From contig CAWHHI010000004.1 in assembly GCA_963829055.1 (NCBI GenBank), positions 96,001 to 160,000 on the forward strand: a stretch of 64,000 nucleotides of DNA. Reading direction: 5' to 3'. This DNA comes from an uncultured Gemmatimonadaceae bacterium (GTDB lineage Bacteria > Gemmatimonadota > Gemmatimonadetes > Gemmatimonadales > Gemmatimonadaceae). The notes below the pieces were generated by a model that saw only the letters and a list, made by a program, of their open reading frames with translations, was not told the origin of the DNA and ran no database searches. Every line of letters starts with the position of its first letter. Position 1 is the stretch's first letter. Shown piece after piece: positions 18,713-31,383 of this stretch. The position numbers were made by a program, and so were the translations under genes.

Positions 18713-20007
18713 GCGAGCCTAACGTCGGATCCCGATCGGCTGGCACACGACACGTCGGGCGAGTCGCCGCCGCGCTGGTTGCTGGGCTCATCGTCGGTAT
18801 CGTCGTCGCGCGCGCCGGTGTTCCGTGGCTGTCCCGCGCCGTCGCCATGCTCGAGCCCATCGGCGCGATCTGGGTGAACGGCATTCGGATGACCGTGGTG
18901 CCGCTCGTGGTGTCGCTATTGCTCGGCGCCGTCGCGCGTGGCGGTGAATCCGCGCGCGTGGGTCGGATCGGCGGCCTGTCGTTCGCCGTCTTCGTCGGGC
19001 TGCACCTGTGCGCGGCCGTGCTCGCGCTGGCGGTCGTTCCGGCCATCATGTCCAGACTGCCGGTCGACCCCGCGAGCGTCGCACGGTTGCAGGCCGACGC
19101 TGCCGCGGCGAGCGCCGCGACCACGGAGCAGGTGCGCACGCTGCCCAACTTCGGGCAGTGGCTGGCGAGCCTGGCGCCGGCGAACGTCGTGCGCGCGGCG
19201 GCCGACGGCGCGATGCTGCCGCTCATCGTGTTCACGCTGTTGTTCGCACTGGCGCTCCGTCGCATCACGCCCGAGCGCCGAGACAACGTGCTTCGCGTGT
19301 TCGATGGCATCGGCGCGGCGATGCTCGAGATCGTGCGCTGGCTCATCGCGCTCGCGCCGATCGGCATCTTCACGCTCGTCACGCCGACCGCCGCGCGGCT
19401 CGGACTCTCGCTGGCCGGCGCGCTCGGGTACTACGTCGTGGCGTACGTGTCGGTGATGATCCTGCTGGCGGTGCTGTTCTGCATCGCCGGTTCGTTAGGC
19501 GGTCGCGTGTCGCTGCCGCGCTTTCTGCGCGCGGCGCTCCCGGCACAGGCGGTCGCGTTCAGCTCGAGCTCCTCGCTGGCATCGTTGCCCGCGCTCATCG
19601 ACTCCGCCGATCGACTTGATATTCCGCAGCCGCTCGCCGGTTTCGTGTTGCCGCTCGCGGTATCGTCCTTCAAGGTCGTGATCGGCGGATCGTGGCTCGT
19701 CGGGACGATGTTCCTCGCGCGGCTGTACGGCGTGCCACTGGGCGCTGCCGATTACTTCACGATCGTCGCAGCTGGCATGGCATTGAGCTTCGCGACGCCC
19801 GGCGTGCCTAACGGGGCATTCCTGCTGCTCGCGCCACTGCTGGCGAGCCTCGGCCTGCCGCCGGCGGGCGTCGCGCTGCTGATCGCGGTGGACGCTATCC
19901 CCGATCTGTTCGCGACGGCCTCGAACGTGACCGGCGATTTCGCGGCGGTAGCCATCGTGCGACGCCTGGTCACGACGACGCGGTTGGGCGCGACCACTTC
20001 ACCGTAA
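18709..20007 (+). CDS. Dicarboxylate/amino acid:cation symporter
   Basis: MTVVPLV, AFSSSSSLASLP, PGVP and TASNVTGD. Confidence 0.92.
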   Translation: MSEPNVGSRSAGTRHVGRVAAALVAGLIVGIVVARAGVPWLSRAVAMLEPIGAIWVNGIRMTVVPLVVSLLLGAVARGGESARVGRIGGLSFAVFVGLHLCAAVLALAVVPAIMSRLPVDPASVARLQADAAAASAATTEQVRTLPNFGQWLASLAPANVVRAAADGAMLPLIVFTLLFALALRRITPERRDNVLRVFDGIGAAMLEIVRWLIALAPIGIFTLVTPTAARLGLSLAGALGYYVVAYVSVMILLAVLFCIAGSLGGRVSLPRFLRAALPAQAVAFSSSSSLASLPALIDSADRLDIPQPLAGFVLPLAVSSFKVVIGGSWLVGTMFLARLYGVPLGAADYFTIVAAGMALSFATPGVPNGAFLLLAPLLASLGLPPAGVALLIAVDAIPDLFATASNVTGDFAAVAIVRRLVTTTRLGATTSP

Positions 20008-20034
20008 GACTCCACAGACTCCACGTAGAGGCGA

Positions 20035-20466
20035 ATGCGAATCGGTATCGGGTCGGACCATGCGGGCTTCGAGTACAAGCAGATGCTGATCACGGTGCTC
20101 CGGGAGCGGGGGCACGAGGTCGTCGACTTCGGCACGGATTCTCCGGCGTCGGTCGACTACCCGGTGTACATCCGTCCGGTGGCGCTGGCGGTGGCGTCCG
20201 GCGACTGCGAGCGCGGCATCGTGCTCGGTGGCTCGGGCAACGGGGAAGCGATCGTCGCGAACCGCGTGAAGGGCGTGCGCTGCGCGCTGTGCTGGAACGT
20301 CGAGTCGGCGCGACTGGGCCGGCTGCATAACGATGCGAACGTGATCTCGATCGGCGAGCGGATGGTCTCGCGCGAGGTTGCGGTCGCGATCGTGGACACG
20401 TGGCTGACGACCCCTTTCGAGGGTGGCCGCCACGTGCGTCGGATTCAGATGATCGACGATATCTGA
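20035..20466 (+). CDS. rpiB: Ribose-5-phosphate isomerase B
   Basis: GSDHAG, DYP, GGSGNGE, ANRVKGVR, HNDAN and FEGGRH. Confidence 0.95.
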   Translation: MRIGIGSDHAGFEYKQMLITVLRERGHEVVDFGTDSPASVDYPVYIRPVALAVASGDCERGIVLGGSGNGEAIVANRVKGVRCALCWNVESARLGRLHNDANVISIGERMVSREVAVAIVDTWLTTPFEGGRHVRRIQMIDDI

Positions 20467-20489
20467 GGGCTGCCTACTGCTGGCCGCGT

Positions 20490-20520
20490 GTCATCCCGAG
20501 CGCTCGGCGAGGGACCTTCT
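20490..20520 (+). repeat. Orphan left arm of a family A REP-like element
   Basis: GTCATCCCGAGCGCTCGGCGAGGGACCT with no right arm seen. Confidence 0.65.
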
Positions 20521-20571
20521 CGAAGGTTTTAGTGGGTTGTGCCCTTCATGGAACACGGTTGGGTCGCTAGA

Positions 20572-20834
20572 TCCAACAGCGACGCAGAATACGCAGGCGG
20601 CCGCTCCGCGGCCGCAACGCAGACGGACGCAGAAAACGGCCGCTCGGGACACCGGCGGTGCGCCGAGCCTGTGAGAAAGGGGAACGACCCGGGCGGGCCA
20701 ATGCGTCCCGAGGCAGGTCCCCCTTGTTCACGGCCCCAGTGAAACGCGGCCTGCCTCCTCGCGGCGTTGCAGTTTTCTGCGGCCTTCTGCGTTGCGCGCG
20801 TCAGCGCGCCTGCGAATTCTGCGTCGCTGTTGGA
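20572..20834. mobile_element. Non-coding MITE-like element (family B)
   Basis: Terminal inverted repeats TCCAACAGCGACGCAGAAT.CGCAGGCG / CGCCTGCGAATTCTGCGTCGCTGTTGGA; a similar inverted copy lies at 55120-55379. Confidence 0.75.
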
Positions 20835-20860
20835 ATTGCGCGGCAAGACGTACTGACGCC

Positions 20861-21445
20861 TCAGCCAGCCAGTCGCTTGTACCAGAGGAGCTGCGTCTCC
20901 GTTGGGAGGCTCGGGTACGCGAACGGGTCCACCGATCGCAGCACGAAGCCGTTTCGCTCGTAGAACCGACACGCTGGCGCGTTGATGTTCTGCGTTTCGA
21001 CCTCGAGCCACCGAGCGTCGCGCGACTGAGCCCATGCCTCCGCCGCCCCCAGCAGCGCCCGGCCGACTCCGCGACCGCGGCTCGACGGCGCAACGCGAAT
21101 GTCCCAGAGCAGCGCGACGTCGGCGCGGCCGCCGAGCATGTCCACGTCAGGCGCGCGGAAGACCACGACGGCTCCGCCTACTCGCTCGCCGTTCACCCGA
21201 GCGCCGAAGAACGTCCAGAACGTGAGATCGAATTGCGATGCCCACGCCAGCGGCCCGTTGTCCACCGTGTCGTAGTCCTTCACCCACGGCACCGCCACCG
21301 GCCGTGGCGTGAGTCTGAACCGATCCGGACGCCCCGGCTCGACGCCAACGTCCAGAACTTCCCGCACCTGGAACGCGATGGGGATGCGCGCATACTCCCG
21401 CAGCACCGACGCGTTTTCCTCGACGATCTCGATCGACTCACTCAT
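20861..21445 (-). CDS. GNAT N-acetyltransferase
   Basis: LWDIRVAPSSRGRGVG and ETQNINAPACRFY...GF. Confidence 0.9.
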   Translation of the reverse strand: MSESIEIVEENASVLREYARIPIAFQVREVLDVGVEPGRPDRFRLTPRPVAVPWVKDYDTVDNGPLAWASQFDLTFWTFFGARVNGERVGGAVVVFRAPDVDMLGGRADVALLWDIRVAPSSRGRGVGRALLGAAEAWAQSRDARWLEVETQNINAPACRFYERNGFVLRSVDPFAYPSLPTETQLLWYKRLAG

Positions 21446-21474
21446 ACGCGCTGCCCGCTTCCCTGCGCTCAACG

Positions 21475-22464
21475 TTAGGCGCGCCCTGGCCGCCGCACCG
21501 GGGCAGCCAGCGCCCGGATCGCGTCCACGACTGCCGCCCACGCCGTCGACTGGGGCGCCACGAGATCGAAGTGCCCGGCGCCCGGAACCTCGACGACGGT
21601 AATCGACTCACCGGCTCGTTTCGACCGGGCCGCCAATTCGCGACTCTGCGCCGGGGGCACGATTGGATCCGCCGCTCCGTGGACGATCCTCACCGGCACG
21701 CCGATCGGCAATCGCTCGACGGGACTCACCGCCCGGTAGCGTTCGGCGACTTCCGTCGCCGTGCCGCCTAACAACGGTGTCACCGCCGAGTTGCAGCTGC
21801 CGGTCCCGGCACCGTAGGCCGCCATGTCGGTGATGCCCGCAAGACTCACGACGCCCGCCACGTGCAGCGGCGCTCGCGTCGGAACCGCGCCGCTCCCGGG
21901 CCCACCTTCCGTGCGCGGCGCGCCGACCGCCGCGTCACCCGCTCGACGCGACGCAGCCCAGAGCGCGAGCTGGCCGCCAGCGGAATGGCCGGCGAGCACG
22001 ACGCGCGTGGTGTCGAGCGTCGGATAGCGAACCGCGAGCTCGCGTACGTGATCGACCGCCGCGCCGACATCCTCGAACGTTCCCGGCCATCCGCCGCCAC
22101 TGTCACCAACGCGCCGGTACTCGGGCACCCACACGGCGTAGCCGGCACTCGCCAGAGCCGCCGCGGCCGCTGCCACGTGCGTCAGATCGTACGCGGCACG
22201 CCAGCATCCGCCGTGAAAGAACACGACGACCGGCACGCGTCCCGTCGTGCCCCGCGGTAGCCGCAGCTCACCGAACTGCCGCGGATCCGAGCCGTACGAC
22301 TCGCGATGGTCCGCCGCTGGAGCCGGCGCGGCGGCGACTTCGGCGAACGAGATCATGGTGCGACCAACCGAGGTGGTGGAACCGGCGGCGGAGTTGGTGC
22401 GCGACGGACGCGGTGCCGCGCAGCCGAGGACGCAGCAGACCGCGAGACTGAATGGATCAGGCAC
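21475..22464 (-). CDS. Alpha/beta hydrolase (lipase/esterase, HGG type)
   Basis: FHGGCW, GHSAGG, HGAADPIVP and AGHF; start uncertain. Confidence 0.9.
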   Translation of the reverse strand: MPDPFSLAVCCVLGCAAPRPSRTNSAAGSTTSVGRTMISFAEVAAAPAPAADHRESYGSDPRQFGELRLPRGTTGRVPVVVFFHGGCWRAAYDLTHVAAAAAALASAGYAVWVPEYRRVGDSGGGWPGTFEDVGAAVDHVRELAVRYPTLDTTRVVLAGHSAGGQLALWAASRRAGDAAVGAPRTEGGPGSGAVPTRAPLHVAGVVSLAGITDMAAYGAGTGSCNSAVTPLLGGTATEVAERYRAVSPVERLPIGVPVRIVHGAADPIVPPAQSRELAARSKRAGESITVVEVPGAGHFDLVAPQSTAWAAVVDAIRALAAPVRRPGRA

Positions 22465-22486
22465 ATGATGGATGAGTGGACCAAAG

Positions 22487-23020
22487 CTACGACCGCGCGC
22501 TTCCAGCCGCACCCGGCTCGTCACCAAGGATCATCTCGAAGTACACGAGCGGATTCCCGCGGTACGACACGCGTCCCCGCTCCTGGAATCCGCACCGTGC
22601 GTAGAATCCACCCGCACCCGCATCGGCATCGTAGGCGTCGAGCCGAATCGCATCCGCCGGCCATTCTCGCGCGAGGACGATCATCTTCTCCACGCAACGC
22701 CGCCCAATGCCCTCACCTTGAAGGTCCGGGCGAACGGCCATATCCGTCAGATACAGCGGACGCGCACTCGGCGAGAAATACGACACGTCGATCGCCCACG
22801 GCTTTCGTGTCGCGAGGCGGAACGTGGCGGCCGGCTCGCGCCCGCGCAGCGCGAGCCACACCTGCGAGATGCGGAGGTCGTTCAGGACACCGCGTTCTGT
22901 TCCTTCGATGGACCAGTGGCCGCGGCCAAATCGCGCGGTGAGATCCCGCGCCGTCGCGACGCGAAGCCCCAGGACCGCCGCCGCATCGGCGCCCTCCGCT
23001 CTCCGGAACGTCAGGCGCAT
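22487..23020 (-). CDS. GNAT N-acetyltransferase
   Basis: MAVRPDLQGEGIG, IRLDAY and FYARCGF. Confidence 0.88.
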   Translation of the reverse strand: MRLTFRRAEGADAAAVLGLRVATARDLTARFGRGHWSIEGTERGVLNDLRISQVWLALRGREPAATFRLATRKPWAIDVSYFSPSARPLYLTDMAVRPDLQGEGIGRRCVEKMIVLAREWPADAIRLDAYDADAGAGGFYARCGFQERGRVSYRGNPLVYFEMILGDEPGAAGSARS

Positions 23021-23058
23021 GCACCCGTCATTCGCACGTCGATCACGTTCGAGGACTG

Positions 23059-25152
<2,094 letters not shown>

Positions 25153-25237
25153 CCGACAAACTTACTGGCTGCGCACGATGGGCATGAACCAGAAGACCGC
25201 GACGAAACCGACCTCGTCGTGATGCCAACGCGGGCAC

Positions 25238-25792
25238 TCATGGTGGGCCGGCGAGCGCCGCGACGAGGGATGCCCGGAGCGTCCCCTTGCTGGCGAAGTC
25301 CCACTGACCGCCGTACTCGATGTCGTCGATGACGTATCGACCGGCCTGCTGCGTCAGCACCACGTGATCGATCCACGTGACCGCGGGGTTCGCATCCGTG
25401 CTCGTCATGCGCACGGTGGCGACCCGCAGCGGTCCGCGCGCGGAATCCGGGAGCACCGCGACGGCGTTAGGCCCCTCGAACAAGCTCGAAAACAGATCAC
25501 CCTCGGCGAACGATGGCTTCGCGTCGGGTGCACGGGCGACGTCCGCTTCGCTGCGCTTCCGCGCGGCCGCCAGCAGCACGCGGAGCGTGTCGCTCAGGTA
25601 GGGCGCGATCGTCGCGAGCTGCTCCGCGGTAGGCGCACCGGACATGTGGCCGGTGATCGTCGCGGTATAGAACTCCTGTACGACCGTCGACGCATCGGCG
25701 CGAGGCGCCGACGTGCAGCCACCGAGAGCGAACAGGGCCGGTATCAGGGCAGCAGGCGGAATGTGGTGCGCACGAGCAATCTCCGGTCGGAC
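25238..25792 (-). CDS. Putative lipoprotein (YbjP/DUF3828-like)
   Basis: Lipobox LFALGGC, EGDLFSSLFEG and YVIDDIEY; start not resolved. Confidence 0.65.
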   Translation of the reverse strand, partial: VRPEIARAHHIPPAALIPALFALGGCTSAPRADASTVVQEFYTATITGHMSGAPTAEQLATIAPYLSDTLRVLLAAARKRSEADVARAPDAKPSFAEGDLFSSLFEGPNAVAVLPDSARGPLRVATVRMTSTDANPAVTWIDHVVLTQQAGRYVIDDIEYGGQWDFASKGTLRASLVAALAGPP

Positions 25793-25845
25793 GGTGGCGG
25801 AGAATCTCGCCTCCAGACCGACCGGAAAACAGGAGGCCGCTTGCC

Positions 25846-28560
25846 TTACTCCGCGCGTAGTGCGACCAGCGGATCGGCCTGTACTGCGCGACGGGCCGGG
25901 ACCAGGCTCGCGATGGTCGCGACGGTCAGCAGCAGACCAATCACCGTCGCGAACACGATCGGGTCCTTGGGCGAGGTCTGATAGAGCATCGGCGCGACGA
26001 GGCGGCCGCTGACCAGTGCGACGATCGTCCCGCCGGCGACGCCGAGCGCCGCGATGCGGAGGCCCTGCGTGAGGACGAGGCGGCGAATGTCCGCGGCCTG
26101 GGCACCTAACGCCACGCGGACACCCATCTCGTGCATCCGCTGCGCGACCGTGTACGCGACGACGCTGTACAGTCCGAGCGACGACAGCACGAGCGCGATG
26201 ACTCCGAACGCGGCGAACATCGTGGCCCCGAGCTCCCACGGACGCATCTCGTCATCGAGGGAAGCCCGCATGGGACGAACGTTGGCGAACGGTACTCCGG
26301 CCACCGTCGTCTGCATGACGCGGCGCACGGGCTCCACCAGCGCGTCCGGCTTGCTGCCGGTGGGGCGAACGATGAGCACTCGGGCGCGTGCGGTGGACGT
26401 GACGTGCGCGAGCGGCACATAGAGCTGCAGCGGATCCTTGTCCTGCACGATGTTACTCCGATGCGTATTCCGCGCGACGCCCACGATCTCGGCGCAGGGG
26501 TCGGTCTTCTTGCCAATGCGAATGCATCGTCCGACGGCCGATTCTCCGGGCCAGAGCCAACGCGCGATGGCCTCGTTCACGATCACCACCGGCGCTGCGC
26601 CGGTGTTCGCATCGGCGTCGCCGAACGCGCGGCCGGCCACGATCCGCGTCCCAACAGTAGAGAAGTAGTTGGGTTGCACGAACGATTCATTCGGAGACGC
26701 ATCCTGCCTGGGAAGCGAATCGCGGCCCGGGACCGAGATATCGGTGCCCATCGACCATTCGCCGAACGGGCTGGCGTCGGCCACAGTCGCCGCTGCCACT
26801 CCGGGCAACTTAGCGGCGGCGTCGCGCACGCGATCGAAGTACTCATCGGCTGCGGTACTATCGATTCCAACCGAGCGCAGGTCGATCGTCGCGATAACGA
26901 GTCGGTTCACGTCCACGCCGAGCTTCACGCTGTGCACGTTGCGGAGACTGCGAACAAACAGACCTGTACCAATGAGCAGGATCACCGAGACGGCCGCCTG
27001 AACGAGCAGTAACGCCGCCCGCGTACGTGAGCGGCTCAGCCCAGAGCCGCGAGTGCCCTCCCTGAGTGTCCGCGCCAGATGCGGGTCGCTGCCCTGCAGT
27101 GCGGGGACCAGGCCCGTGACCAGCCCGACGGCGATCGTCGCGAGTGCGGTGAACGCGAGCACGCGGCCGTTGATCGGTGCGTCAGGCCATGCGAAATCGC
27201 CAAGCAGCACGTTTTGGACGAGCGCGCTCCCCCAGTGCACCAGCGCCAGCGCCGCGAGGCCGCCGGCAACGGCGAGCATGACGGACTCGGTGACGAGCTG
27301 ACGCACCAGGCGCGCGCGCGAGATTCCTAACGCGAGCCGCACCGCGATCTCCCGGCGTCGACTGAACGCGCGAACGAGCAGCAGGTTGGCGACGTTCGCG
27401 CAGGCGATGAGCAGCACGAGGACCGAGACGCCCCCGAGCAGTGCGGCAACGCGGCGCTCCGGCGAAAGCTTCTTCTGGCGGGCCGGCAGCACGGAGACGA
27501 CCTGGCCGTGCGCCGTCGAGTCGTCCTTGGCGCGGCCTGCGAGCTCCCCCGCCCGATACGTCGACGTGATCTGCGCCTCGAGCGCGGAGGCACTCGTACC
27601 TGGCTTCACGCGCCCAATCACGGTCAGCCACGTGCTCGTGCGGTCCGTCGCCCAATTCGATCCCGCGAAGCGGAGTCCTTCCGCCGCGGTGACCGGAACC
27701 CAGACATCGACTGGCTCGCTGCCCGTTCCGACGAAGCCTTTACGTGCCACGCCGACTATCGTGTACCGACGCTTCGCCAGCGCGATGGTCTTTCCGATGG
27801 CGTCGCGGCTTCCCCCGAACTCCCTCTGCCAGAGGCCGTAACCGATCACGGCCACCGGAGAGCCATCCGGTGGAATATCGTCGGTTGGCTGGATCAGCCT
27901 GCCTAACGCCGCACTCGTGCCCAGCGTGCCGAAGTAGGTCCCGCTGATGATCACGCCGTTGATCTTTCGTGCCTCTGGCCCGAGCCCGAGCGAGATGGGG
28001 CTGGGGTACGTCTGCATGGCGATGCTGGTGAAGCCGGAGATCCGGTCGCGGAAGTCCGCATACACCGGGTACGAGAAACCGCTCGACGTGAATTCCTCGC
28101 CTTGCCATTTGCGTCGCAGTTCGAGGCGCAGGAGCTCTTCAGGGGCTCGTACATGTGCCGGCGGTCGGAGCAGCAGGCGATCGATGATGCCGAACATCGT
28201 CGCGTTCGCTCCGATACCCAGGGCGAATGTCGCAATGACCGCGACGGCGACCCCGGGGGCGCGCATGGTCTGGCGTAGCGCGTAGGACATGTCGTGTCGC
28301 AGAGCGTCGAGCTTGTCGGACATCGTCAGGATCTCCTCTCGGCGACGTGCCGCGTCGTGCAGGCTTCGGCGCATTTCGGGGAAGCGGCCGAACAGGCGCC
28401 GCGCTTCGGCAGTCGCGGCATCGCGACCCCACCCGCGTGCGACGAGTTGGGCGATACGCATGTCGATGTGGAAGCGGATCTCGTCGTCCATTTCGGCTAC
28501 CGCTCGCTCGGGGCGGCGGACGGCCAGTCGGAACAGGCGGCGAACGCGCGGACGAAGCAT
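25846..28560 (-). CDS. Duplicated MacB/FtsX-type ABC permease (ADOP family)
   Basis: EIRFHIDMR, LALGIGAN-like motif, LIACANVANLLL, RRREIAVRLALG, EMGVRVALGA and DPLVALRAE. Confidence 0.93.
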   Translation of the reverse strand: MLRPRVRRLFRLAVRRPERAVAEMDDEIRFHIDMRIAQLVARGWGRDAATAEARRLFGRFPEMRRSLHDAARRREEILTMSDKLDALRHDMSYALRQTMRAPGVAVAVIATFALGIGANATMFGIIDRLLLRPPAHVRAPEELLRLELRRKWQGEEFTSSGFSYPVYADFRDRISGFTSIAMQTYPSPISLGLGPEARKINGVIISGTYFGTLGTSAALGRLIQPTDDIPPDGSPVAVIGYGLWQREFGGSRDAIGKTIALAKRRYTIVGVARKGFVGTGSEPVDVWVPVTAAEGLRFAGSNWATDRTSTWLTVIGRVKPGTSASALEAQITSTYRAGELAGRAKDDSTAHGQVVSVLPARQKKLSPERRVAALLGGVSVLVLLIACANVANLLLVRAFSRRREIAVRLALGISRARLVRQLVTESVMLAVAGGLAALALVHWGSALVQNVLLGDFAWPDAPINGRVLAFTALATIAVGLVTGLVPALQGSDPHLARTLREGTRGSGLSRSRTRAALLLVQAAVSVILLIGTGLFVRSLRNVHSVKLGVDVNRLVIATIDLRSVGIDSTAADEYFDRVRDAAAKLPGVAAATVADASPFGEWSMGTDISVPGRDSLPRQDASPNESFVQPNYFSTVGTRIVAGRAFGDADANTGAAPVVIVNEAIARWLWPGESAVGRCIRIGKKTDPCAEIVGVARNTHRSNIVQDKDPLQLYVPLAHVTSTARARVLIVRPTGSKPDALVEPVRRVMQTTVAGVPFANVRPMRASLDDEMRPWELGATMFAAFGVIALVLSSLGLYSVVAYTVAQRMHEMGVRVALGAQAADIRRLVLTQGLRIAALGVAGGTIVALVSGRLVAPMLYQTSPKDPIVFATVIGLLLTVATIASLVPARRAVQADPLVALRAE

Positions 28561-28573
28561 CGGTGCGATCGCG

Positions 28574-28906
28574 TTAGGCCGAGCGGGTCGTGAGAATGCC
28601 GGTGACCGCGGAGGCGTACTCGAGCCAGCGCGCCGTCTCGGCCCTGAGGTAGGCGCGTCCGGTGGCCGTGAGCTTGTAGTAGCGCGCGCGACGCCCGTTC
28701 TCGGTCTCGCCCCACTCGGCCTCGATGGACCCGCGCTCCTCGAGTCGCACCAGCGCGTGGTAGAGCGCTCCGTCCTCGACGCCGAGTGTGCCGGCCGAGC
28801 GCTCTTCGAGCCACGTCGTGATCTCGAACCCGTGCATAGGCCCCCAATTGAGGGCGCGCAGGACCAGTACGTCGAGCGTTCCGCGAACGAGCGGCATTCG
28901 TTGCAT
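28574..28906 (-). CDS. PadR family transcriptional regulator
   Basis: GTLDVLVLRAL, MHGFEI, GALYHALVRLE and RRARYYKLT. Confidence 0.93.
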   Translation of the reverse strand: MQRMPLVRGTLDVLVLRALNWGPMHGFEITTWLEERSAGTLGVEDGALYHALVRLEERGSIEAEWGETENGRRARYYKLTATGRAYLRAETARWLEYASAVTGILTTRSA

Positions 28907-28926
28907 GTCGATCCCCCAGTCTCTAT

Positions 28927-28941
28927 CCCCAGCTTCTGGGG
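28927..28941. promoter_or_regulatory. Palindrome upstream of padR (candidate operator)
   Basis: CCCCAG-CTT-CTGGGG about 20 bp upstream of the padR start. Confidence 0.4.
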
Positions 28942-29066
28942 GGAAGCTGCCGATGCGACCACTGTCTTGTCAAGCATCCGGAAGGTGGATGGCGGCCGCA
29001 GGCCAGAGGAGGGAGGCCGGTGGCAGTACTGAGTCTCCTACCGGCAAGCGCGGCCGGTCACGCCAT

Positions 29067-29574
29067 TCCAACAGCGACGCAGAATTCGCAGGGCGCTGGG
29101 AGCGCGACGCAGACGGCCGCAGAAGAACTGCAGCTGCTATCACCGCGGGCGAACGCGGTGGACGCCGAGGACTGCTTCAGCAACCATCCAGAACCGAGGG
29201 TGTGAACGGAAACGGCCGGAAACAGCGGATCGAGCGGATGGGCCAGATGCCGGGAGAGTCGGTGCCGCAACGAGCCGTGATGAAAGGGGAACAACGGCCT
29301 CGTGGGGCCAATGCAGCGCGAGACCGTTCCACTCTTGAGACGAACCGCCTTCCACGCTCTGTCGGGGTCGCGATCGGATCGGGCCGTTTCAGTTGTTTCC
29401 GGCTTCTTCTCAAAAAACCTTCGCTCCGGATGGCGTGTCGAAGCGGTTCGTCCGGATGGTTGCCGGATCAGCCCTCCGCGCTGAAGAGCAGTTTCCGTGG
29501 CCGTTGCGGTTTCTGCGTCCCTCTGCGTTGCGGCCGCGAAGCGGCCGCCTGCGTCCTTCTGCGTCGCTGTTGGA
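29067..29574. mobile_element. Composite non-coding element: family B ends enclosing a family C body
   Basis: Ends TCCAACAGCGACGCAGAA / TTCTGCGTCGCTGTTGGA; the interior is collinear with 61130-61503. Confidence 0.75.
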
Positions 29575-29621
29575 CCTGCGCACAGGCCATGCTCCAGGGC
29601 ACAAGTCCAGCTACAGGGTTC

Positions 29622-30251
29622 TCACAGCGGTGCCTCATCGCCCGCACGCGGGATGACACGCGACTCCGCCTCACGTGCCCGCGCCTCCGTCTCGCGATCG
29701 AGGATCTCGCGAACCTGCGCGATGAGCGGGTTGTCCGCCGTATGCTGGCGACCGTAGCCGAGGTTAAAGCGGTAGTCGAAGTCCGCCGGGTTGAGTCCCT
29801 GATTGTGCTGCATGATCGTCTCGAGCTTGTCGAGCGCCTTGGCGAGCTTCGCCTCCGGCGATTGCGCGGCCTCGTACTCGTCCCACAGTCCCGCGATCTC
29901 GTCGCGACGCGCAGAGGGGAGCGGATCGAGCAACTGCATGAGGTCTCGGCGCTCCTGATCCGCCTTGCCGCCAGCTATGCCGAGTGCCGCGCGACGCGCC
30001 TGCTCCGGCGCCGACACGTCGCCGTGGATCGCTTCGCCGAGGTCGTGGATGATGCAGATCTTCACGAGCTTCGCGAAGTCCACGTCCGGGAACGACGGCC
30101 CGAGCACGAGCGCCATCAAGCAGAGTCGCCACGTGTGCTCGGCCACGCTCTCCTGCTGCCCGGTGGACGTGTAGCCTGTTCGCGTCGTGCTCTTGAGCCG
30201 CTCCGCAGCGCGGAGAAAATCGAGAACGCCGGTGAGCTCGGATGATTCCAT
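29622..30251 (-). CDS. HD domain phosphohydrolase (YfbR/HDDC2-like)
   Basis: ESVAEHTWRL, IIHDLGE and ALDKLET. Confidence 0.9.
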   Translation of the reverse strand: MESSELTGVLDFLRAAERLKSTTRTGYTSTGQQESVAEHTWRLCLMALVLGPSFPDVDFAKLVKICIIHDLGEAIHGDVSAPEQARRAALGIAGGKADQERRDLMQLLDPLPSARRDEIAGLWDEYEAAQSPEAKLAKALDKLETIMQHNQGLNPADFDYRFNLGYGRQHTADNPLIAQVREILDRETEARAREAESRVIPRAGDEAPL

Positions 30252-30262
30252 GAGCGTCTGCG

Positions 30263-31332
30263 TCAGAACCCGGAGAGCTTCGTGATGCGGCCCTGCGTCC
30301 CGACCGCCCAACCGGCGCGCGGTGACGCGAATCCGACCGACCAGTAGTTGAGCGCGTCGATCGGCGTCCACGTTGCGCCCTCGTCACGCGACACGACCGC
30401 GCCGGCTGGTCCGACCGCTACGACGGTCGGCTTGGCCGCGCCGGGGACGTACACGCCGCCCCAGACTCCGGTCGCGAGCGGTGGACTCGTTCGCGGCGTC
30501 CAGGTGTGGCCGCCGTCGTTCGTTGTTGCGGTGAACTTGTCGCCGGCCTGCGCCGCGTTGCCGCCACCTAACGCGAATGCCGTTACGCGCGTCGCGGAAC
30601 CCGATGGACTGCGGGCCAACGCCCCCGCGCGTGGTGATCGGGAGCGTGTCGACCGACCACGTCTTGCCGAAGTTCGCAGTGTGCAGTACCCGCCCGTGAT
30701 CGGGGTTGCTGGAGACGATCCAGGCGTGACCGCCCGGCTTCGTCACCAGACACGTGCCGCTCGCGGCGAAGCTGCCCTCGGTAGGCATCGCGGGCGGAAG
30801 CGATGCCGACGGAACGCGGGTCCAGTGTGCGCCACCATCCGTGGTGGTCAGGATCGCGATGTTCTTGTCGATCGCATCGCCAATGACGATGCCCATGGCG
30901 GGCGTCCCAGAAATCCATGCAGTCGTAGAACCCGGCGGAGTCCGGATTCGTGAACTGGCGCGTCCAGTGGGATCCGGCGTCGGTGGTTTTGTAGATGCGT
31001 GACTGGTTACCGTTCCCGATGCTCAGGAGGTACGCGGTGTTGGCGTCGACGGCGTGAACGTCGCGGAACTGCAGCGAGTCGGCGCCCGGCACGCGGCCAG
31101 CGACCCACTTCGTTCCGCCGTCCGTCGTGCGGACGTAGGTGCCGAATGCGCCGCTCACCCACACCACGCGCTCGTTCACCGGGCTCACCGCGATGAGCAA
31201 CGCGGTCGTCCCGCTCGTCTGCGGCGTGTGCGTGACCTGAGCCGACGCGGACGCGGCGTGCACCGACAGCGCGAGGGCACCGACGGCGGCAACCGATCGG
31301 GCGGGAACGAGCAGGGAGAGTGGGCGGTTCAT
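30263..31332 (-). CDS. Secreted BNR/Ycf48-like beta-propeller protein (frameshifts near 30900 and 30590)
   Basis: Signal peptide; repeated TTDGGxxW Asp-box motifs spread across three frames. Confidence 0.85.
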
Positions 31333-31383
31333 TCAGAGGCCGTGTTGCTCGGGTGACGTGAAGTCGTGTGCGCGAAGTCGCGC

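Noticed and set aside
20861..21445. Streptothricin resistance gene (sat)
   Set aside because: The ETQN.N motif is shared, but substrate cannot be assigned from the motif alone.
28788..30245. 485-aa ORF as a transposase of the repeat element
   Set aside because: It has no DDE or HUH motifs and merely reads through the repeat and antisense to the HD gene.
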